A stretch of 64,000 nt of DNA, from assembly GCF_022045235.1 (NCBI RefSeq), contig NW_027266264.1, positions 80,104,001 to 80,168,000 of the forward strand, read 5' to 3'. The DNA is from Haliotis cracherodii (taxonomy: Eukaryota). Made by a program: the position numbers and the translations under genes. Positions 1 through 12,804 of this stretch are shown here, one piece after another. Under the pieces are notes generated by a model. The model was not told the origin of the DNA. It did not search any database and was given only the letters and a program-made list of their open reading frames with translations. The stretch's first letter is position 1. Each line of letters starts with the position of its first letter.

Positions 1-554
1 TTCAATCCTCAATTACTAGAAAGATGTCTGAGCTCTTTCCGAACATTTACATCCACAGAAATGTGTATCATTTAAACAGCATCCGCAATAAATGGTCTCT
101 TGGTCAAGAACACAAACGTTGTTTTCTTTACCCCATTGAGAACTCCAAACTAAGAAGTCAATCAATCAATCTTTCTTACAGAAATACTGAAAGGCAATAC
201 ACCTATAGTACACATCTTTGTGGATAGTGGGTGGACATATTGATTTCTAATTGTTTAAATCAATCATCTTATCATTTCTTAAATTAATAGCATGGAATAT
301 ATACGCCGGATGCCCTAGACTCCCCCCACCCCCTACTCTGGATCCGCCTGTGCAATGAAAGTCAATCAAAGCTCGCCATGATGTCAAATGTTGCCCTTAA
401 TTGTTAAGTTCTAGAAACAAATACTGACGATGTTGGGAGACATATATTGCGGTACAGTGTTGCAATATTTCAGGTTACAGACTGTATACACGCACTATGG
501 GTGCCTCTTGCATACACTGCATGGAAAAAGGTACAGATATGTAAGGAACGTTGG

Positions 555-715
555 GGAGTGAATTTTAGTTTATGCCGCAGTTAACAATGTTATAGCTGTA
601 TCACAGCGATCTGTATCAGCAAACGAGTGGTTGATGAAATGAAGAACGATCAGCGCCGTCGGGGTACACGATGTAACCACTCGATCCATCGTAGTCCGAC
701 CTACGCACATGACGA
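555..715 (-). mobile_element. Highly degenerate family-C retroposon remnant
   Basis: 'tttatgccgcagttaacaatgttatagctgtatcacagcgatctgta' resembles the reverse complement of the C tail (tttaacgccgcactcagcaatattccagctatatgacggcggtctgta). Confidence 0.4.
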
Positions 716-2640
716 TGCCGTACATTGGAGCGTTTGTGCCCCGAAGTCCCTAGGTTCAACTATTTCATTGTCACTGATAGTACTGATGGCTGCCTTACAT
801 AAATGAAAACGTTAATGAAACAGTGCGACTGTATACCATCAAGATTCCAGCTATATTAAGCCAGGTTCCACATAGAATGGGTTGTACCAATCTGGGGATT
901 CGAACCACTATAATTGGTGTGCTGCTTTGGAGGAAACTCCACTTAAACATAAACAGAAGGCACTAAGGATACACCTATTCTTATTAACATATTTACGCAT
1001 CCACCGATATACCTGCAAAAGGTTCCCAACACAGACATATTCTAAAAATACCAAAGACAGCATCTAAACTTGATACCATATTTCAATAATATCAGTCTTT
1101 GTCATTTTGAAATTGTGATGTTTCTAGTTTACACCCAAGGCAACCAGATGTGTGTAGACCTACCATGACGAGTTTCTGAATTAAGTACTGATATACTTGT
1201 GGACAGCAGGCGACACGTGTCATAAACACCAAGGCATCTTAACACCCAAGTTTCTTAACATGATGGCCGATAAATATCGTGTGACGTTATTACGTCACGC
1301 TGAAAGACGACGATTGAGTAAGAAGGATCTGACACACTTTGTACAATATTTACAAACGGTAGCTTAAAGTCTTTGACAATGTGCCGATGACGTGACGCGA
1401 GCGGATGACGTTATTTCATGCAACAACCAAGTAGCGCTTTAGCCATTGATGGCATAACACCCAACCACCAGAGCAGGCACTTTCCTTACAGCGACTAAAC
1501 TGCCGCGAGCAATACAGAGTTCTGCTTTGTGACGCGAAGCTACTGTTAGATCCATTAATCTAAAACGCTATACCTTAAAAGCCGCGGAGCTCCCTAGTCG
1601 GATTAAGAAAATATTTCTCTCCATAGCCCACTTCCCTAATTTGAGAAAACAAATTGTTTTGAAAGGGGTCAGCGACACGGTGTGACGTGGCGTTTACGTA
1701 ACTCCAGATTACGCCGTTTCTCCTGGACAAGCGATGCGTGGAGCCTGCACTCGGCCTATTGGTGACCACGTTTTGTCAATAAAACTAAAACATGATAAAG
1801 CGTGTTAAGAGAAATAGGACCAGATCACACGCCCTGGGGATTAGTGTTCCAGCTAACGACTTTCCTTCATCTTAAATGTTCACCACCAACTTGAAAAGGT
1901 CCGTCTGTGAAATCTGGGATTATGAGAGATTTTAGTAGAACAGCATCCTAATTCAAGTGTCTTAGAAGTCGCAATACTGGTTATGTGGTCGTTGAATTAA
2001 TTAACGATAATTCATTCTTTTTATTATGAATGATTCCTAGCTGTGAATTACATTTTATTGTGTTTTAGCAGAAGTTACCAAATTTGGATCTGCGTCAACT
2101 TTTGATTTTATCAATACGTTGAATGATAACTTGTGTATTATGATGGTGTCAGTTTCATTTTTGGTTTGTTGTCGTTTAACATTATTTTTTTACTGTCAAA
2201 TAGACTTTGCATATCCCTGTAGGTTACAAAAATACCCGGAAGTGACACCTTGACACCTGACCAGAAGACATCCATCAACGATAGAGACTGAAAGAAGGTT
2301 CTTAGAAGATGTAATACATATTTTTTCCACATAAAGACTTGTACATTTCACATCTTCATGTGTGATACATATGCCATATATCTTGAAGTATTTCCATATT
2401 CCAGCTAAATCATGACGGTTTGTTCATAATCAAGCCTCGAGGATAGTAGTCATTAGTTGCAAGGTGAGCCCAGCGGTCCATCCGTCGGGTGAAGGCGACG
2501 ATAATAAAGGTCAACCAGTTAAAATCGACAAAACCCTTTTGTCAGACAAATTACCAGTATTTGCAGGCATGAGCTAAGACCTCGCCGTAGGAACGATGAC
2601 ACTACAGTCAGCCGGATCACACGTCATAACCATCCGATTC

Positions 2641-3172
2641 TCAGCTCAGTCGGGTCTTTCAAGCAGGGATACAGTGAACCTTTCAGTGAGGTCTTACGAC
2701 AAGCAGGAATAGAGGGGACCTTTCAGTCAGATCTTACGACAAGCAGGAATAGAGGGGACCTTTTAGTCAGGTCCTACGACAAGCAGGAATAGAGGGGACC
2801 TTTCAGTCAGGTCTTACGACAAGCGGGGATAGAGGGGACCTTTTAGTCAGGTCCTACGACAAGCAGGAATAGAGGGGACCTTTCAGTCAGGTCTTACGAC
2901 AAGCGGGGATAGAGGGAACCTTCCAGTCAGGTCTTACGACAAGCGGGGATAGAGGGAACCTTTCAGTCAGGGCTTACGACAAGCAGGGATAGAGGGGACC
3001 TTTCAGTCAGGTCTTACGACAAGCAGGGATAGAGGGGACCTTTCAGTCAGGTCTTACGACAAGCAGAAATAGAGGGGACCTTTCAGTCAGGTCCTACGAC
3101 AAGCGGGGATAGAGGGGACCTTCGACTCAGGTCTTACGACAAGCAGGGGTACAGTGGATCTTCCAGTCAGGT
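2641..3172. repeat. 40-bp minisatellite (~13 copies), derived from family-C head
   Basis: Unit tttcagtcaggtcttacgacaagcagggatagaggggacc. It shares 'tcttacgacaagca..gg......g..gacct' with the reverse complement of family C. Confidence 0.9.
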
Positions 3173-3256
3173 GAACTCGAACAAACGCCAAATGCAGCCA
3201 GACAATGGACATAATATCCTGGAATATAACCTCGCCTGTTCAAATCGCTTTCGAGG

Positions 3257-3380
3257 CTGTAGGGAGCCTAGCTGACAAAGCTTTAGTCCGTCACGTGATC
3301 GATTCCCCACATTGGTACAAAGTGCAAAGCCCATTTCTAGCTAGAATATTGTTAAATGCGTCGTGAACAGCTCTACTACT
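3257..3380 (+). mobile_element. Degenerate family-A tRNA-derived SINE
   Basis: 'agcctagctgacaaagc...tcgattccccacattggtacaaagtgcaaagcccatttct...gctagaatattgttaaatgcgtcgtgaa' matches the A consensus. Confidence 0.65.
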
Positions 3381-4078
3381 ACTGAAAGTGGTTTGAAATT
3401 ATTTGAATTTCGGCATTTCGTGCATGAAATATGACCGCAGGGTCCGGACTGACGGGGGTTTCAATGTAGCAGTGATTGGCTGATTCCACGTGCATGAACA
3501 AACCTGAATTCTCACGTTATCTTCACGTGGGAATTTGTTGGGAAAACATTCAAAAAGGTTAAAATTGCACACCCTTGTCTTGTTCATTGTCTATTTATTT
3601 TTTTATGTGTTGTGTATTTCAACTCATCACCACGCGCTAGAAGTGATATGACGGCATTGTTAGTTTTTTTTCCGCAATGCGCCTCCTTCCTGCCTTAGAT
3701 AAACATGCATCAAGGTTGCCACAGTGCCCTGCATTATCATATAGGTTTTGAAAATTGCGAGAAAGGAACCATCTCGATTACAGCGACAGAACTGAGACAA
3801 GTGTATTGCATGGCGACCACAAAACACAACGTCGTGTAAACCCGCGTTTCCTACACTCTCCTAATCTCCTAGATAACGACTGTGGCACGAAATATTATAA
3901 AAAGATTCTCACCCAACAAATTGTCAAACTTAACAGAATCCTGATACATATGTAAAGTTTATATGTCGGGAAGGGGGTGAAATTTCAAAGACCATTTTTT
4001 CATTGATGAAGGACGTAATCTCTATACCTGGATAGCGTATTTGTTGCGTCATGATCAATGTTCATGAAACCAGCTTAC

Positions 4079-4311
4079 ACAAGAGAATTGCATGTGAGGC
4101 CAGTCAATAAAAAATAACAAAATAAGTCTGTCTTATGTGTGAACGTGCCGCGCAGAGCTTCACGGGGTACTGGCTTGTGTAAACGGCCAATGGTGAAGTG
4201 GAGTCTTTTGTTCCTTGTACCCAGCTCATCAGGACGGGCGACAATAGCCACCTCGTCTTCTTCAGGTCTCTCAGACTCGTCGGAGCCGGTAAGAAAAGCC
4301 GTTGTTGACAT
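4079..4311 (-). CDS. Candidate first coding exon of an unidentified gene continuing leftwards (MSTTAFLTGSDESERPEEDEV...LFCYFLLTGLTCNSL)
   Basis: Unique, non-repetitive ATG-initiated ORF that ends at a GT|GTAAGC donor. A possible acceptor (tgtagcag) lies at ~4352. The N-terminus is acidic, followed by a hydrophobic segment. No homology recognised. Confidence 0.35.
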
Positions 4312-5454
4312 CGCTCGGTGATCTGTTCGAAGGCCAAGAATCTTAAAAATCTGCTACAATTGGTAACAAATACTGTGTGGGGTGAAGTAGTGGGGTCTAG
4401 CTCTCGAAGGTTGCTGGTCCGATGGTCGAGAAGAAGTCCTATTGTCGCGTGAGGGGCTTAAGACCAGGCTGATATTGCCTCTTACTGTAGCGAATATCAC
4501 ACAAAACCTCGTCGTCCGCCCCTTCCGAAGTCGGGACAAAGCACAAAGAAATAATAATATAGGGTTGTATCAAGCTGAAAGCGCCAATGAAAAGACTTAA
4601 GAATGTTTTTCAATACAATCCCCGGTCCTGGTGCGAGAAAGCGATTGCCACATTGTGTTGTAAGCTTGGGGTGGGGACGCTGTGGCACTATGGTATTGGA
4701 GTCACACTTGTTGAGTGGCGGGGCTTGGAAAACACCAGAAAATGCTCTCATTGAACTCACAAAACCGCTTTTCTAACAGACACAAGATTGAAATAAGCAA
4801 GAAATGACTGGATGAAGGGGCCTGTCTCTGAGAATTACTTGGCTTTCTTTATTACCTTACTATTGCCCCCTGTTTAACACGACATCCTGTCACTGCTGTT
4901 CCTGACGTTTGAAGGGAGAGGCGACAATTGTCGCCTGCAGCAGGAAGACACTTGAACTGCTTCTCATAACGACTACTTCTTTGTAGTTACCCAATGCCCC
5001 GTACAGGGCTATTCCCGTGCTACAACCAAAGAGTATATAGCTCTAGATGTATCTACAGTACTCACAGTATACTTATATCAATCAAAGTCATTCAGAAAGA
5101 GCTGGATCAGGACCGAAAACAATATCGTACTTACACTGCATGTGGGAATACTACCCTATCAAATAGCATGGGCCACTATGTAACGTCATGAATGTCCCCG
5201 TTATAACCCATGCATATAACGCTGAGTAACCGATACGTGGAATATCAACAATTCAAAAATTTTATTGCATTATGGCATGTGTCCGTTCCGTGCATACTTG
5301 AATACGACTGTACGTACTTTCAAAAACACAATCCCATGTGTATTTGTCGTATGTGATCTTATCACAGAAGAGCGTCGGCTAGGGAGTGGCGATACTGGGG
5401 GTCAGGCTTGAGGGGAGTGGTGGTGGGGTGGGATGCGTGGGTGTGGGTGTGCGG

Positions 5455-5485
<31 letters not shown>

Positions 5486-6912
5486 GGGTGTTCATGATCA
5501 TACAAATGGCGTTAGTGTTAGTGAGGACCTGTTGATAACAAATTTCCAATGCAACTTACCATACTTACATTTGATGTTTAAACTACTAAATATAACCGTA
5601 AAGTTATTTCTTTTCCTTAAGATGACCACGGTGTATACCAATTCCCCAGTGCACGTGGCACCATGTAAACGACACCCACATGATCGAGACATCCACATAA
5701 AAAACCCAATGTTCATAATGACCCCACTGAGGTAATAAGACACGTGACTGTCCCCGCATGGTGCCCACGTGCTGGTCTTGATGGGAAGCACGGCACCGCA
5801 CCCCCTGCCTGAAACAAGGGGCCCCTAATTTATAGAAATACCTTTTTTTCTCCGGAAACCCTTCCCATTCAGTATCACAAGCTTGCTAATGTCCCCCACG
5901 ACACAACAACATGGACGATAGTAAACACGTGGATCCGCCCAACATATACAAGGAATTTACACCGAGAGGAATCATTTGTTTTGCATTTCAAGAAAATACA
6001 AGTGTGCGCATTGTGTGGAGGTTTGCCATTACTGTGAGTTAGACCTCACCGGCTGTTCCGAGAGAATTCGTACAGGGAAATTCCTTCTGTAATTCAGTGT
6101 TTATGTACTAGCAATGTGCAATCAGTTTATTATTACATAATCTGTTAACCGTTTAAACCTCTTTTAATAGAAATAAAGGATTAACACAAATCTGATGTTT
6201 TTAATAACCTAGGTTATACAGTACATGTATACGGAACGGAAACAGAATTTATTCAATTAACGAATATGAACATACGGAATGTTTTAGTTCTTACGCTAAA
6301 ACTGTATTGAATAATAACTGATAAACAAAGTTGAAATTAAGTTTATGTATGTTTGTCCGTGTTTTTATCGCATTTTATTTTGAAGCCAGATATATATTTT
6401 TAAAAGTTTAAATAAGTTTTGTTGTCCATTAAGAACATGACTGCCTCAGAATCACCCTTACAACCGAATCAACACATTGGTTAAAACATTTTTTACTGAG
6501 AGCCAGTGAGGTAGTTTACGTTTTCCTTTTAAGTAGCGGTTAAATAAGCACTTAAGCAAGAGTCTATTATGAACCCGTAACCCAACACCAGATGTAGAGA
6601 AACGTAAGCTTCCCCATATCGAAAGTCAGTAATATTTCTTTTTCATATCCTCACCCTCGTGGCTAATCGACGGTGTGTGGCCTGGTTAGTCAACCATTAC
6701 AAAGAGTCATTTATCATAGGTTCTATCATATGCAACAACACATGGCAAAGACAAGAGCGGGGCGGTCGTCACGATAGACTAGCTCATTACTTGGTCTGTG
6801 CATGCTGAGGATTATAAGTGTTAACTTCTTAACTCTTAATTACAGCATGAATGTCCAAAGTTCGACTGGGTGTCCTTGTTTCAGCACCCGGGCCGCCAAC
6901 TTGCCTGAAAAG

Positions 6913-7057
6913 CGAGTGAGCATGCTTTTACGCCGCGTCTAGCACTTATTGAATATAAATATCACGGCGCGGGACAGAAGAAATGCCCACGTGGGGAACG
7001 AACCCGGGCCCGCGGCGTGAAGAGCCAATGCTTTAACCACTAGGCTACCCACCGCCC
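6913..7057 (-). mobile_element. Family-A tRNA-derived SINE
   Basis: On the minus strand: head gggcggtgggtagcctagtggttaaagc (A box), ggttcgttccc (B box), tail gcggcgtaaaagc..ctcactc. Confidence 0.85.
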
Positions 7058-7207
7058 AACGTGAGTGAAGAAAGAAACGCGAAGGACTGCTGCAGTCGTG
7101 CTGAAGTGACGTGACGCAGTATTCACTCCCTAGACCAATCGTTAATCGCGCGACGGTTGGGAAAGGGTTTGCCCATCGACTTGTTGTAGGGTAGCTTACT
7201 GTAGAGA

Positions 7208-7334
7208 GTGAGTGAGTGAGTATGGTTTCACGCCGCTTTTAGCAATATTCCATATTGTACCCATGTGGGAATCGAACCCGGGCCTTTGGCGTAACGAGCG
7301 ACCGCTTTAACCACTAGGCTACCCCACCGCCCCC
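7208..7334 (-). mobile_element. Family-A SINE, internally deleted, with 11-bp TSD
   Basis: A/B boxes and (TCAC)n tail. Flanking direct repeat tactgtagaga at 7197-7207 and 7336-7346. Confidence 0.9.
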
Positions 7335-7835
7335 ATACTGTAGAGATATGCCATGATTACACAATGGGCGCGATTCTACTGACCACAAGAAAACAAACCT
7401 CGTTCACAATTTCCATGCAGCACTTTTTTGTGATATTACTTCTACGATATTGCAAATGAAGTGTGGTCAATCTTCCCTTGTGTGGAAAAGAGATCCGACC
7501 CGACAAGTGAGAATTAAAAAGGGGACATATGGATTACGCTTACGTTGTGACAGAGCCGTCGAGTAAGAGCCATCATCTGTTGGCTATACCTGATGCCTTC
7601 ACGATCTGTGAACTGGACATTTCCCAATTCCATGCCCCAGACTCTCCAGTACTGTAAACTGGCTCACACGCAATCTTGTCAATGCGTCTGGCAATTTGGT
7701 GTCTATTTTCCCTCCACGAAACCAACTCATTTCGTGTTGACCGATGGCCGTTCACCACACCCTCGTCTGATGGTGATTTGACCCATAGATCAGCGAAACC
7801 AAAATGTCTGGTTTGTAGATCAGTTGCCGTTAGAA

Positions 7836-8305
7836 GGGTAGTCTAATGGTTAAGTGTAGTAGAGTAGTCTAATGGTTGAGTATAGTAGGGTAGTCTAATG
7901 GTTGAGTGTAGTAGGGTAGTCTAATGGTTGAGTGTAGTAGGGTAGTCTAATGGTTGAGTATAGTAGGGTAGTCTAATGGTTGAGTGTAGTAGGGAAGTCT
8001 AATGGTTAAGTGTAGTAGGGTAGTCTAATGGTTAAGTGTTGAAGGGTAGTCTAATGGTTAAGTGTAGTAGGGTAGTCTAATGGTTGAGTGTAGTAGGGTA
8101 GTCTAATGGTTGAGTATAGTAGGTTAGTCTGATGGTTAAGTGTAGTAGGGTAGTCTAATGGTTATGTGTAGTAGGGTAGTCTAATGGTTGAGTGTAGTAG
8201 GGTAGTCTAATGGTTGAGTATAGTAGGTTAGTCTGATGGTTAAGTGTAGTAGGGTAGTCTAATGGTTAAGTATAGTAGGTTAGTCTAATGGTTGAGTATA
8301 GTAGT
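7836..8305. repeat. 26-bp minisatellite (~18 copies) derived from the family-A A-box
   Basis: Unit gtagtctaatggttgagtgtagtagg versus SINE head ggggtagcctagtggttaaagcg. It is followed by a decayed SINE body (gaagactcgcccatgtgtacactgtctaaagcca). Confidence 0.9.
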
Positions 8306-10402
8306 GTAGTCGCCGTGTGGAAGACTCGCCCATGTGTACACTGTCTAAAGCCATACTTACACACAGAAAAGTATTCTCAACATTGGTGTTCTTTTCCATT
8401 ATTTCAATGTTTTAGAGGGGATAGTAATTCTCAGTGGCCCCTTTTGTCTCTACAAATAGGTAACGCATGGAGGTCTGTGGAACTTAATTGTTTCTAGGTC
8501 TCCGCATTGACAACAATTACAGGTGTTTTACCCAAATTTCAACACCTACGTAGTAATACTGTAAAGGTTGTAATTCCACATGCTCTGAATACTGCTTACA
8601 CGATAAACATACCGGGACCTCAGTTGTACCCCTTAACAACCAGAATTCATGGGTTCGAATTCCAGATTAACAACAATTATAATCCTTTGTTTTGTCAACA
8701 ATACCCGAAAACCCAGTTCGGCAGACACCAATGTAACCAGTAACCTTAGACATTCCGCCAGCAACAGACCGATACGACGTGGCAAATACTGTGGAAACGG
8801 TGTTAAACACAAATCACTCACTCACTATAAGGCAATGAAAACCAAATATCAGTGGCAAACAAATCAGCGTCACTGCACTACAAGCATGTCTGTTTTTATC
8901 ACCGGAACATTAGCGACGCGCGTTCAGAAGTGGTACTTTCAAAATGAAATCGCATGTTCACGTGTTGGTGTGCGTTCAGGTGATCAAACAGAGTGTTTTC
9001 CTTGGCAGTGCTCGATGTTGATTGAGATAACCCAAACTCCGGTAACGAGGAAGCCCATTTCTACAATCATTAAAATGTGCTATTTCCACATTAAGGGTAC
9101 GACTAATTCTGTTTCAGGTCTCCCTCCTGACCACCCTCGATTAATCATCACAGACATCAAAGCAAAGCTTAACCGGAATCGTCCGGTCTTCAAAACGAGG
9201 CTTGGTGGTGAAAGAATATAACCATCCCGGAATGCGAACCTTCAATATTTTACCTACAAATACATACCCGCTGTAATGTCCAATTAAATCCTTTATCGCG
9301 TTCTAAAGTAAATACCCAAGTGACTGTAGCCCACCTGTGAAAACACAGGTGCACTTTACCTGTGTGACGAACGGGGCTTGAGCTTGGTTCGGCTAACTCT
9401 AGGCCACAGACAGCGTGTCGACGTGTCAACAACTGTTTGGACATAACTAGAAATCGAAGTTCCGCCTAAATGTAATTGAGTCTTTCTGGGTTTCGGCGAC
9501 GGAATCGGGAGATCTAAACTGACTCATTAATAGACCGACAAAGTCCCTGAAATCCCAACTCCATCATCACTGGCTAGCGCGTGCTCGGGGTTGGAAACTA
9601 GCTTGTTCAAGCTTTAATGAATCAAACTCGAAAGATAAACTGAAAGACGCAAAGAAAGTGAAAGAATTGTAATTGCATTGAAAATCATTTCACATCGTGA
9701 TCGACATGAATCAATGCGCTTTTGAGGATTTAAAGATGACCGGTTAGTCATGGACTGGACAAATAGCCAATCACGACAATGGTGATGCCGGAAATAGGAA
9801 CGTTATTTCCGGTTTTAAATGACTGTAACTGTAATCAAACAGGTTTGGTGAATATGTCGTGATTGTGATCAAATACACCAGGAGAGCTCATTTGGGATGG
9901 AGGTTCCGTGCTTTGCTTCAAGATGGCCTCAAATGACTAACTTAGGGTCACAACGACCTGATCATTTTGCAATGGAGGGCTTCGAATCAATCTTCTAAAT
10001 CACCCCTGTCACAAATGCCTTTGAGATAATTTCACTAAAGATAATTGCAAAAAGAATATTGCAGTTCCACGTCGTAGTAATCTGCACAAGGCTGCCACTT
10101 TAAACTGATGATGTCATTTTCAATAACCTCTACTAGACGTCATCGCAAAGCTATTAAAACCAGTTTAACGAATCGGAAATCAACCATCAACTCATGATCG
10201 GTAAATCAGCTGTTTTGAAGAAACTAATCTTTTATGTGTTTGAACATGTATCATGGACTGTGAGCGAAGATGCAAACGACCAGTATACAATTTCAATTGA
10301 TAGTGTAAATACAACTGTACAGTACAGTGTCCTCTGTACGGCAACATGCGCGACTAGGGCCCCACAATGTTGTTCCTTTACTTGAGGACTTTGGCTTGAA
10401 TG

Positions 10403-10650
10403 GGCTACATAGGGTCCGGGGGCTTAAAGGGGGTACATGGTGGTACGGGGGCTGGAAAGGGGATCACGGTGGTCCGGGGGCTGAAAGGTGGTACATGGTG
10501 ATCCGGTGGCTTGAATTGGGTACATTGTGGCTCGGGGGCTTGAAGGAGGTACACGGTGGTCCGGGGGCTTAAAGGTGGTACATGGTGATCCGGGGGCTTG
10601 AATTGGGTACATGGTGGTCCGGGGGCTTGAAGGGGGTACATGGTGGTCCT
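10403..10650. repeat. 29-bp G-rich minisatellite (~8 copies)
   Basis: Unit ggtccgggggcttgaagggggtacatggt. Confidence 0.9.
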
Positions 10651-11074
10651 GGAGATTGAGCAGGGTACTCGGTAGCAGTTTACAGATTAGTACTTTCATA
10701 AACTCCTCGGGTGATATTGACTCCTCTGAACTTTAGTGTGTAGTGTATCTGAGAGAGAGAGTGCACTTTCCGCATGGTAGATTACTACAGATACGTTTCT
10801 TATGAACCAAGCATTTTCAAGCGGTTTTTTTAAATTAATGCATAGTGATTCATACCACACGTCCTACCCTGTATTGTATAACAAATAGAATAGATAATCA
10901 TCGGGAAAACAATTTGGCTTCTTCACGCCATGAAAGCGACGCTGCGCAAATACCACCAGGAACCAGCTCGTGGGACAACAGTATGAGGTGCAAGATAGCA
11001 CATGTATTCACGCAAACATAGTGACGTCACGGGCTCAAGGTATGAATGTGTGAAGCGTTGTCAAAATGAAATTA

Positions 11075-11249
11075 CAGTAAACTACGGTTATAACGAACTC
11101 AAAGGGACTACCAATTTTAGTTCGTTTTAACGGTTGTTCGTTATAAGCATATATACAGCAGAACTACAGCATATAGTCGGGATTAAACAGTTAGTTCGTT
11201 ATATCCGTAGGTTCGTTATAACCGTGTTCGTTATAACCGTAGTGTACTG
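11075..11249. mobile_element. Tc1/mariner (pogo/Tigger-like) MITE, copy 1
   Basis: TIRs cagtaaactacggttataacgaac / gttcgttataaccgtagtgtactg, flanked by TA on both sides, with internal gttcgttata subrepeats. Confidence 0.9.
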
Positions 11250-11426
11250 TAATTAAAGGTAGTGTGAAGAAGATAAATATTTTTTGCGAATATATTTACA
11301 AACATGCATATCTAATCTGGTATCTTTAATACATAGGGATAAATGCAAGGTACGTCAAGTAAAGGTATCTGTTGTAGCCAACTATAACCAAAATATATTC
11401 AAACAACGGCTTCCGTGCGTTGTAAA

Positions 11427-11693
11427 GACCCGTGAAGATCCGGGGTAGAACGGGTCTTCAGCAACCCTTGCTTGTCGTAAAAGGCGACTATGCTTGTTGT
11501 AAGAGGCGACTAACGGGATCGGGTGATCAGGCTCGCTGACTTGCTTGATGTATGATATCGTATCCCAATTGCGTGGATCGATGCTCATGATATCAATCAC
11601 TGGGTTAAATGGTCCAGACTCAATTATTTACAGACCGCTGTCATATAGCTGGAATACTGGTGAGTTCGGCGTTAAACAACAAATAAACAAACA
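11427..11693 (+). mobile_element. Family-C retroposon, full length
   Basis: gacccgtgaagatccggggtagaa...gtaagaggcgactaacgggatc...gctggaatactggtgagttcggcgttaaacaac, followed by an (aaac)n tail. Confidence 0.9.
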
Positions 11694-12549
11694 GCAAGCG
11701 AATCAGTGATAATCAAACATTCACGCGTTTGTTAGATTCGATACATGTTTAGGCCATAAAGAATACGCGCACACAGCGACTCTTCAGATAGGAATAAGTG
11801 CATTATACGAACACAGAAACCAGAAACACACACATTTCATATGAAATATCTGATTGTCATGTGGGATTCGTGATTGGTTCTAAACATTGTACTTGTGCAC
11901 CCAATTGACTATAGATGCAACACACCTTATCCATAATCTACATTCGAGATATGCATACTAGGACAGGAATAATCCAGTTGCATAGAAACCTGGGAATGTA
12001 ATGGCATTTGATGGGGCTATATTTAACGTCGTTCTTTCAGAACCATTGTGCTATCAAACCATTTTTCGCATAAGGAGTTCGTTGCAGTTGTTCCGATCCA
12101 AATATATTCATGTATTCAGAACTGAGTTTGATATGAAACGTCTTCACTTAATGCATGCTAGAATGGATTGCCTTGGCTGTTATTCAAGAGTGATTGTCAC
12201 GAAGTTGCATCCAGAAAATTGTTTTGGGGTAATGAATTATTGAAAACATATATCAGGTTTTTTTGCGTGATACTAAGAGATAAAGTCGAAAGGGGAGGAC
12301 GTCTACCGGGAGAGGAATGTTCGCCGTTGCTGAAATATAGCATATTAAGGTCGTGTATAGTCAAACATGAGGCTTGGTCCTGTTGTTGGGAGGACGGATG
12401 ACCCGGAGGAATATCGACTCGATTAGTTCTCGATTCTTTGAACGTGGGTTCGAATCCCAGATTGTCCCGCTTTCATCCATGGTTTATTTTAAGAAGTTCT
12501 ATTATCTGAGTGACTTTCACTGCCAGGACTGAAACACCATTTGAAGGTG

Positions 12550-12723
12550 CAGTAAACTACGGTTATAACGAACTCAAAGAGACTACCAATTTTAGTTCGT
12601 TATAACCGTAGTTCGTTATGAGCATATATACAGCAGAACTACAGCATATAGTCGGGACTAAAAGTTAGTTCGTTATATCCGTAGGTTCGTTATAACCGTG
12701 TTCGTTATAACCGTAGTGTACTG
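12550..12723. mobile_element. Tc1/mariner MITE, copy 2
   Basis: Near-identical to 11075-11249. The right flank is TA; the left flank has mutated to TG. Confidence 0.9.
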
Positions 12724-12804
12724 TATCAAACCCAACTCACCCCAACGTAATATCTATACGGCTTGTGATGTGCTATTGAGGCTTGGACCAGATACACCAC
12801 TAGG

